A stretch of DNA of 32,000 bases from an uncultured bacterium (GTDB lineage: Bacteria > GCA-001730085), in the NCBI GenBank assembly GCA_964565945.1, contig CAZMGY010000029.1, positions 1 to 32,000 on the forward strand, in the 5' to 3' direction. A model generated the notes under the pieces. The model had not been told where the DNA came from and searched no databases. It worked only from the letters and a program-made list of their open reading frames with translations. Below are positions 26,497 through 32,000 of this stretch, piece after piece (positions within the stretch are counted from its first letter, which is position 1; each line of letters opens with the position of its first letter). The translations under genes and the position numbers were made by a program.

Positions 26497-28704
26497 ATGA
26501 ACGTCATAAGAAGATATTTAACTTGGCTTCTTGTGCAATGTATGTTTGTTTGCCTCGCATGGAGTTCCGTACCCCCCTCAGCCCAAGCACCCGACCTGGT
26601 ACCGTCCTCGCAAATAACGCCAAACAAACACATTAGTGTCGATTTTTATGATGTGCCCATTCAAGATGCACTACGAGCCTTATCGATTCAACAAAACATT
26701 AACATCATCACCCACCCGCAAGTGACCGGTAACATCACCATTCACCTCGACAACTTAAGTTTCGAAGAAGGCCTGGATTACATTTTGAAAAGCGTGGGTG
26801 CCACCTTCACCAAACAAGATAACGTCTATCGAGTTACTAAAAAACATAAAGAAAAACCCAAGCCCAAGAAAATCACCAAATTCGACCTTAAAATTGAGCA
26901 GGGACGTATGACCTTAACCGCCACAAATGCTAACTTGGTCCACATATTACAAGAGATTTCCAACCAAAGTCAAATTAACATAACCTTCAACAATACCGTT
27001 CGCGGTACAGTTTCGGCCAACCTTAAAGACATTGAACTTTTCACCGGTATCGATACCCTGCTCAATAATAGCAACTACAAACTCGAAAAAAGAGGCCCCA
27101 TTTATTCGGTGGAAAAAATCGCACGCAAAGAAAAATTTTCGGTCACCTATAATCAAAAACAGCTATCGGTCAGTGCCAACGAAGCCGCCATCAAAGACGT
27201 GTTGCAAGAGATTTCTTTGCAAACAGGCATTAGTATAGTCAGCAGCCCTTATGTAAAGGGCACCGTTAACGCGGTCATTCAAGACAAAGACATTGAAACC
27301 GTGATTGAACTGATCCTTATGGGGAGCAACTTTCAGTACCGCAAATTTGGTCAAGTTTATGTGATCGGAAACGGCGATAATCTTAAAAGCCACTCACGCT
27401 TTTTCACCGAATCCAAACTTTATCGCCTTAAACATTTGCGTGCCGAAGAGGTGATTAAAAAACTCCCTCCTTCAATTCCCGTTTCTAATCTCCAGTTTTT
27501 TGAAGAACAAAATGCCATTTCCATTTCAGGATCTCCCCACCTCGTCAAGCAAGTGGAAGGCTTTCTGCAACAAATTGACAAACCCGTGCCTCAAATCAAA
27601 GTCGATGTGCTTATTGTGGAGTACGACTTAAGCGCCGATAAAACCCATGGGTTAAGCCTAACTAACGTGCAGGGACGCTTCGGGAGTCCTCACACCCGTT
27701 TTAATTTTGATCCTTCGCTCGTTAACACCCTTAACTTCACTTACGATGTGGCCAAATCCTTAAGTGAAGCATTTTCTTTGCACCTTCAAGCCTTAATTAA
27801 AAATGACAAAGCCAAGGTCACCGCAAATCCTAGTATCTGGGCCCTCAACGGCAAAGAGGCCACCATCGATGTGATCACCGAAGATCGTTTTCGCGAATTG
27901 CGTTTCAACGAAGCTTCTGGTCGACTTGAACCTGTCGGGGTTCCTCGCATCATTGAGTCGGGGATTAAACTTAAAATCAAGCCATGGGTGACTGGCAACA
28001 ACGAAATTAATCTTGAAATCGAACCCGAGGTGAGTGGCGCCACTGGCTTCCTTAGTTCCGATGATTTACCTCAAACCACCAAACGTAAAGCCAAAACTGT
28101 TCTCAAAGTCCAAAATGGTCGCACCATCATTATTGGCGGCTTGATTCAAACCCGCTACGAACATTCCAAAAAGCGGACACCGATATTAAGCCACATTCCT
28201 CTTTTAGGCAAGGTCTTTCAAAACAAAGGCAAAAAAGAACAGCGCACCGAACTGGTGTTCTATATCACCCCAACCATCTCGACCAGTGGCGGTGAAGTTC
28301 AAGACAACTTTAACAAAGAAGGCCTCCTCGCTATTGAAGCACCCGACATATACCTCCGTCCCAGCGCCCCAGAACCAAAACATCAAGACTTAACATACAA
28401 CACCCCTCCCGAGCGAGCGGTACCAGAAGTCGATTGGGTATATCAGGAAAGCAGTGGCGGCATTGGAACAGTTTCGCGTCGCCGCAAACGACTCACCGAA
28501 TGGAATTCTCTTAAGAAAAAACTGCGCAAACGCGTTTACAGCGACCCTTTTGCCGAAAACGTCGAACACTTAGGCTGGGAAACCATGTTGCAAACCGATG
28601 AAACTGGCTTTCAAGAAAAACTCAGTGAAGCTGACCGTTCCGAACAACTGTCACAATGGAATCAAGAAGTGGAACAGATTCTAGCCCAAGATCGCAGCTT
28701 ATGA
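26497..28704 (+). CDS. Secretin (type II secretion / type IV pilus family outer-membrane channel)
   Basis: The start is refined to ATG 26497 (AAAGGA 6 nt upstream; the track start at 26473 is TTG). The signal peptide is MNVIRRYLTWLLVQCMFVCLAWSSVPPSAQA. It has three STN/N0-like modules, a secretin N-type domain (LYRLKHLRAEEV...ISISGSPHLVKQVEGFLQQID), and the C-terminal secretin core (VLIVEY..., GRTIIIGGLI, PILSHIPLLGKVF, ELVFYITPTI). Confidence 0.88.
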   Translation: MNVIRRYLTWLLVQCMFVCLAWSSVPPSAQAPDLVPSSQITPNKHISVDFYDVPIQDALRALSIQQNINIITHPQVTGNITIHLDNLSFEEGLDYILKSVGATFTKQDNVYRVTKKHKEKPKPKKITKFDLKIEQGRMTLTATNANLVHILQEISNQSQINITFNNTVRGTVSANLKDIELFTGIDTLLNNSNYKLEKRGPIYSVEKIARKEKFSVTYNQKQLSVSANEAAIKDVLQEISLQTGISIVSSPYVKGTVNAVIQDKDIETVIELILMGSNFQYRKFGQVYVIGNGDNLKSHSRFFTESKLYRLKHLRAEEVIKKLPPSIPVSNLQFFEEQNAISISGSPHLVKQVEGFLQQIDKPVPQIKVDVLIVEYDLSADKTHGLSLTNVQGRFGSPHTRFNFDPSLVNTLNFTYDVAKSLSEAFSLHLQALIKNDKAKVTANPSIWALNGKEATIDVITEDRFRELRFNEASGRLEPVGVPRIIESGIKLKIKPWVTGNNEINLEIEPEVSGATGFLSSDDLPQTTKRKAKTVLKVQNGRTIIIGGLIQTRYEHSKKRTPILSHIPLLGKVFQNKGKKEQRTELVFYITPTISTSGGEVQDNFNKEGLLAIEAPDIYLRPSAPEPKHQDLTYNTPPERAVPEVDWVYQESSGGIGTVSRRRKRLTEWNSLKKKLRKRVYSDPFAENVEHLGWETMLQTDETGFQEKLSEADRSEQLSQWNQEVEQILAQDRSL

Positions 28705-30404
28705 GAAAAAAAAGTAGTATCGGTCAAATTCTTCTACGCAAAGGTTATCTGGATAAAGATGTACTGCAACAGTGCTTGGCCCAATCGCAACTTTTTCAAA
28801 AACGTCTCGGTCAAACAGCCGTCGACCTGGGATTCATCACCGAACAACAATTGCTCAATACCTTAAGCGATCACACGGGTCTCCCCTCCATCGATTTGGA
28901 TACCGCAACTGTATCCCAAGACATTTTGAACCTTTTACCCTTCCGTTATTGCCACAAACATCGATTGGTCCCCTATCATAAAGACAAAAACATTCTCTTT
29001 GTGGCCATGCATGATCCGTTGGATGTGCAAGCCATCGAAGAGATCGGGCTCATGCTTCAAATAACTGTTCAACCGAGCATCTGCACAGCCTCGACCCTCA
29101 ATCGTTTGCTAGACATTCAAGAAGGCAAGGATCCTATTGAAGAAACATCGGTTCAATCCCTTGTGAAAGACATTCATTTAGATATGGCCCAAGATTTCGA
29201 TAGCCAAGTGCCTTTAGAGCAATTGGCCAACGATGCCCCAATCATTAAGCTTGTCAACCTAATCATCGAACAAGCCATTGCTCAGCAAGCCAGTGATATT
29301 CATATCGAACGCTACGAATCGGGATTAGTGATTCGCTACCGCATCGACGGAATTTTGTACGATGCCGAAGCACCTCCCGAACATATGTTCTCCATGATCG
29401 TATCACGCATCAAACTGATGGCCAGTATGAATATTGCCGAACATCGTCTCCCCCAAGATGGTCGCATTGCTTACCGAACCGAAAATTTCGATATTGACTT
29501 GCGCGTCTCAACCTTGCCTTCGATTCATGGCGAAGGTGTCGTACTTCGGATTCTTGATAAAAGTCAAAAGCTACTCGATATCGAACAATTAGGCTTAACG
29601 GGACCAAATCTTGAGACCTTTAAACAAGTGATCCAACGGCCCTACGGCATTGTTTTACTTACTGGACCAACAGGCTCAGGAAAAACCACCTCCCTGTACG
29701 CCGCCCTCAGCCATATTCAATCGCCTGAAAAAAAAATCATCACGATCGAAGACCCGGTGGAGTATCAGCTTGATCGCATCAATCAACTCAACATCAATGT
29801 CTCGATCGGCTTCACCTTTGCCTCGGGCTTGCGTCATATTTTGCGCCAAGACCCCGACATCATTATGGTCGGAGAAATTCGGGACCAAGAAACCGCCGAA
29901 GTAGCCATGCGTGCAGCCTTAACAGGACATTTAGTGTTTAGCACCTTGCACACAAACAACTCAATTGGAGCAATCACTCGCTTAACCAATATGAATATCG
30001 AGCCCTATTTGGTTGCATCAACAGTCACCGCAGTGGTGGCCCAACGCCTGGTCCGCACCATATGTTTGAGTTGCAAAACGGCCAAACTCATCACTCAGGC
30101 CGACCTTGACTCGATCCCTGGTCTTGCCAAAGCTCTCAAAGGGCAAAATCATGTGTATCAAGGCCAAGGCTGTAAAGTCTGTATGAACACCCGTTATAAA
30201 GGACGTACTGGCATCTATGAATTACTCCATATCAGTGATGGTCTCAAAGACCTTATCACTCATAACACTCGTTTCAATGAACTACGGAACTTTACCCAAC
30301 AGCAAGGCACTATTTTTCTTAGAGAAGATGGCTTTAATAAAGTCCGCCAAGGTATCACTTCGGTGGAAGAGGTTCTGCGGGCCACACAAGAGGAAGGGGC
30401 TTAA
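28701..30404 (+). CDS. Type II secretion / type IV pilus assembly ATPase (GspE/PilB/MshE family)
   Basis: Contains Walker A GPTGSGKTTS, an Asp box, Walker B PDIIMVGEIRD, His box GHLVFSTLHTN, and the tetracysteine CLSC...CKVC. The N-terminal domain is T2SSE_N/MshEN-like. The preferred start is ATG 28701, which overlaps the secretin stop as ATGA. An alternative ATG lies at 28656. Confidence 0.92.
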   Translation: MRKKSSIGQILLRKGYLDKDVLQQCLAQSQLFQKRLGQTAVDLGFITEQQLLNTLSDHTGLPSIDLDTATVSQDILNLLPFRYCHKHRLVPYHKDKNILFVAMHDPLDVQAIEEIGLMLQITVQPSICTASTLNRLLDIQEGKDPIEETSVQSLVKDIHLDMAQDFDSQVPLEQLANDAPIIKLVNLIIEQAIAQQASDIHIERYESGLVIRYRIDGILYDAEAPPEHMFSMIVSRIKLMASMNIAEHRLPQDGRIAYRTENFDIDLRVSTLPSIHGEGVVLRILDKSQKLLDIEQLGLTGPNLETFKQVIQRPYGIVLLTGPTGSGKTTSLYAALSHIQSPEKKIITIEDPVEYQLDRINQLNINVSIGFTFASGLRHILRQDPDIIMVGEIRDQETAEVAMRAALTGHLVFSTLHTNNSIGAITRLTNMNIEPYLVASTVTAVVAQRLVRTICLSCKTAKLITQADLDSIPGLAKALKGQNHVYQGQGCKVCMNTRYKGRTGIYELLHISDGLKDLITHNTRFNELRNFTQQQGTIFLREDGFNKVRQGITSVEEVLRATQEEGA

Positions 30405-30406
30405 GC

Positions 30407-31633
30407 ATGAGTCCTTTTTTTCATTATCGTGCCGTCGACTCCAACGGCCAACAGAACGAAGGAACTATTGAGGCCACCAATAAAGACACGGCTATCCTTA
30501 ACCTACAAAATCAGCAATTGATACCCCTCAAAATCACAAAAAAAACAAGTTTTTGGACATTATCCCTGCGCACGTCCAAATCCAAGCTCAATCGTATCCA
30601 ACATAAACACATTCTAGACTTCACGCAAACCTGCACTAACTTACTCAAATCCAGCTTTCCTATTGATAAAGCCATTATCACCATCAGTCACACCTCTAAT
30701 CCTGAATCCCCCTTACAATCCATGTGTCAACACATTTTCACAACACTGGAAAAAGGTCACCCTTTATCCTTAGCACTCAAGCAAACAAGCCCACGTTTTT
30801 CTTCACTCTATATCAGCTTGGTTCGTGCCGGAGAACAAACAGGCCAGTTGAGTTATGTGTTTGAACGCCTCAATCAATTTTTAAAAGAACAACATGAATT
30901 TCGCAAAACCATCAAAGCAATTTTGCTTTACCCTTGCATGGTGCTGTCCATCAGTCTTGTATCGATTGGCATTATGCTCGGCTTTGTTGTGCCTCGCTTT
31001 GTGACAATTTTCGAAGACCTTGGCCAAGCGCTTCCGTGGAGCACTCAACTGATGGTCAATATCAGTAATCTTTTTCGCCACAATATTCTTTATCTCGCCA
31101 CTGGATTTCTCGGATTCGTAGGCATGATCATGGTGCTACGCCGCAGCTCTAAGTGGATAAACTTTTGGCACACACAAGTTCTCCGCATTCCCTATGCAGG
31201 AACCTTGCAAAATAAAATTATCACTGCACGCTTTTGCTCAACTTTGGGAATGCTAATCGAAGGAGGTCTCACCATTGTTCCCGCGCTCTCTTATGCCCAA
31301 GACATCATCTCGAATCGCTATATGCATCAGGCTGTTCAAGAGGTGAAAGAACAAGTTCAAAAAGGTATTCCCATACACCGCACCATGCAAAGGTTTCCAC
31401 AAGCCTTTTCACCTTTGTTAATTCATATGCTAGCCGTGGGCGAAGAAACAGGTAATTTGAGTGGAAGCCTGGGGCATATAGCCAACACCTTCGAAACCGA
31501 TGTGCGCAACACACTCAAAACGATCACAACCATGCTGTCCCCACTGCTCATTTTGGCTATGGGCTTGGTAATTGCCCTGATTATTGCGGCCATGCTTTTG
31601 CCCTTGCTCAATGCCACAGACATTAACATTTAA
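30407..31633 (+). CDS. Type II secretion / type IV pilus inner-membrane platform protein (GspF/PilC family)
   Basis: 408 aa. The N-terminus FHYRAVDSNGQQNEGTIEA...LQNQQLIPLKI is typical of GspF/PilC. It has two T2SSF-type repeats (LVRAGEQTGQL and MLAVGEETGNL) and three TM segments. It starts 2 nt after the ATPase stop. Confidence 0.9.
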   Translation: MSPFFHYRAVDSNGQQNEGTIEATNKDTAILNLQNQQLIPLKITKKTSFWTLSLRTSKSKLNRIQHKHILDFTQTCTNLLKSSFPIDKAIITISHTSNPESPLQSMCQHIFTTLEKGHPLSLALKQTSPRFSSLYISLVRAGEQTGQLSYVFERLNQFLKEQHEFRKTIKAILLYPCMVLSISLVSIGIMLGFVVPRFVTIFEDLGQALPWSTQLMVNISNLFRHNILYLATGFLGFVGMIMVLRRSSKWINFWHTQVLRIPYAGTLQNKIITARFCSTLGMLIEGGLTIVPALSYAQDIISNRYMHQAVQEVKEQVQKGIPIHRTMQRFPQAFSPLLIHMLAVGEETGNLSGSLGHIANTFETDVRNTLKTITTMLSPLLILAMGLVIALIIAAMLLPLLNATDINI

Positions 31634-31703
31634 GTAACCATCGTTAAAGCTGGGGTGATTTTAGAAGTATTATTGCGTCCCTTTTTGTTAATTTGAATAA
31701 AGA

Positions 31704-31732
31704 TTGACAAAAATAGATTTTAGAACTACAAT
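31704..31732 (+). promoter_or_regulatory. Sigma70-type promoter for the downstream exported-protein gene
   Basis: TTGACA (31704-31709), a 17-nt spacer, then TACAAT (31727-31732), in a visibly AT-rich 174-nt gap. It lies about 75 nt upstream of ATG 31808. Confidence 0.5.
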
Positions 31733-31807
31733 CGGGAACAAATAACTAAGCTATAAATTTTTTGGATGTTTTTCAAATGTAATAATTAAAATTTAACAAA
31801 GGGGATC

Positions 31808-32000
31808 ATGATGGCTCACAACATAAAACCTATTTTGATAGCACTATTAGCATTAACTACAACGTCATCCGTCGCAAAGAACCCTCAAGCAAATTACACT
31901 TCTAATCCAACCTTAATCACACAAGGAGAAAATTATAAAAATCTTACATTAGAACCAAGTAGAACTAAGTTCGTCGATCAAATTGGTAATAACTTGCTAT
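31808..32000 (+). CDS. Hypothetical exported protein, N-terminal fragment (runs off the right edge)
   Basis: ATGATG at 31808 follows AAAGGGGA. The translation is MMAHNIKPILIALLALTTTSSVAKNPQANYTSNPTLITQGENYKNLTLEPSRTKF..., with a signal-peptide-like N-terminus and no prepilin G|F-T-L-x-E motif. It remains open to the end of the window. Confidence 0.5.
   Translation, partial: MMAHNIKPILIALLALTTTSSVAKNPQANYTSNPTLITQGENYKNLTLEPSRTKFVDQIGNNLL

Overview
This window looks like core chromosome from a moderately AT-rich bacterium. A beta-barrel porin, a secretin and lipoprotein signal peptides indicate a diderm. I cannot assign a lineage from the sequence alone. I found no transposase, integrase, CRISPR array, rRNA or recognisable defence gene.

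Layout from left to right:
- Minus strand: tuf 5' end, tRNA-Thr(GGU), then a tightly packed unit of purF, an spsI/rfbA-like gene, rfbB, rfbD, a Gmd/Rmd-like SDR, glgA and a porin. Three junctions are ATGA overlaps, and a near-consensus promoter lies upstream of purF.
- Minus strand: an orphan sugar-type ABC substrate-binding lipoprotein, followed by a secreted repeat protein that is split by a G12 homopolymer.
- Minus strand: tmk, holB, PSP1/yaaT, metG and tatD.
- Plus strand: lepA, lepB and der, then plsY, an opposite-strand TPR protein, gpsA, tRNA-Pro(GGG) and nadE.

The most interesting part is the right end (25.8-31.6 kb). It holds a membrane-anchored double zinc-ribbon protein followed by a compact secretin / MshE-PilB-GspE-type ATPase / GspF-PilC-type platform module. 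No (pseudo)pilin, prepilin peptidase or GspC/L/M gene is visible in the window. The secretin has three tandem STN/N0-like N-terminal modules and a ~140-aa charged C-terminal tail. The ATPase N-terminus carries two tandem motifs resembling the MshEN c-di-GMP-binding signature. An AT-rich gap with a consensus promoter and the start of a signal-peptide protein follow.

I checked some ORF-track starts against the DNA. Several shown as M are alternative codons (TTG at 1786 and 26473, GTG at 15725), and I refined starts where an ATG plus Shine-Dalgarno sequence fits better.
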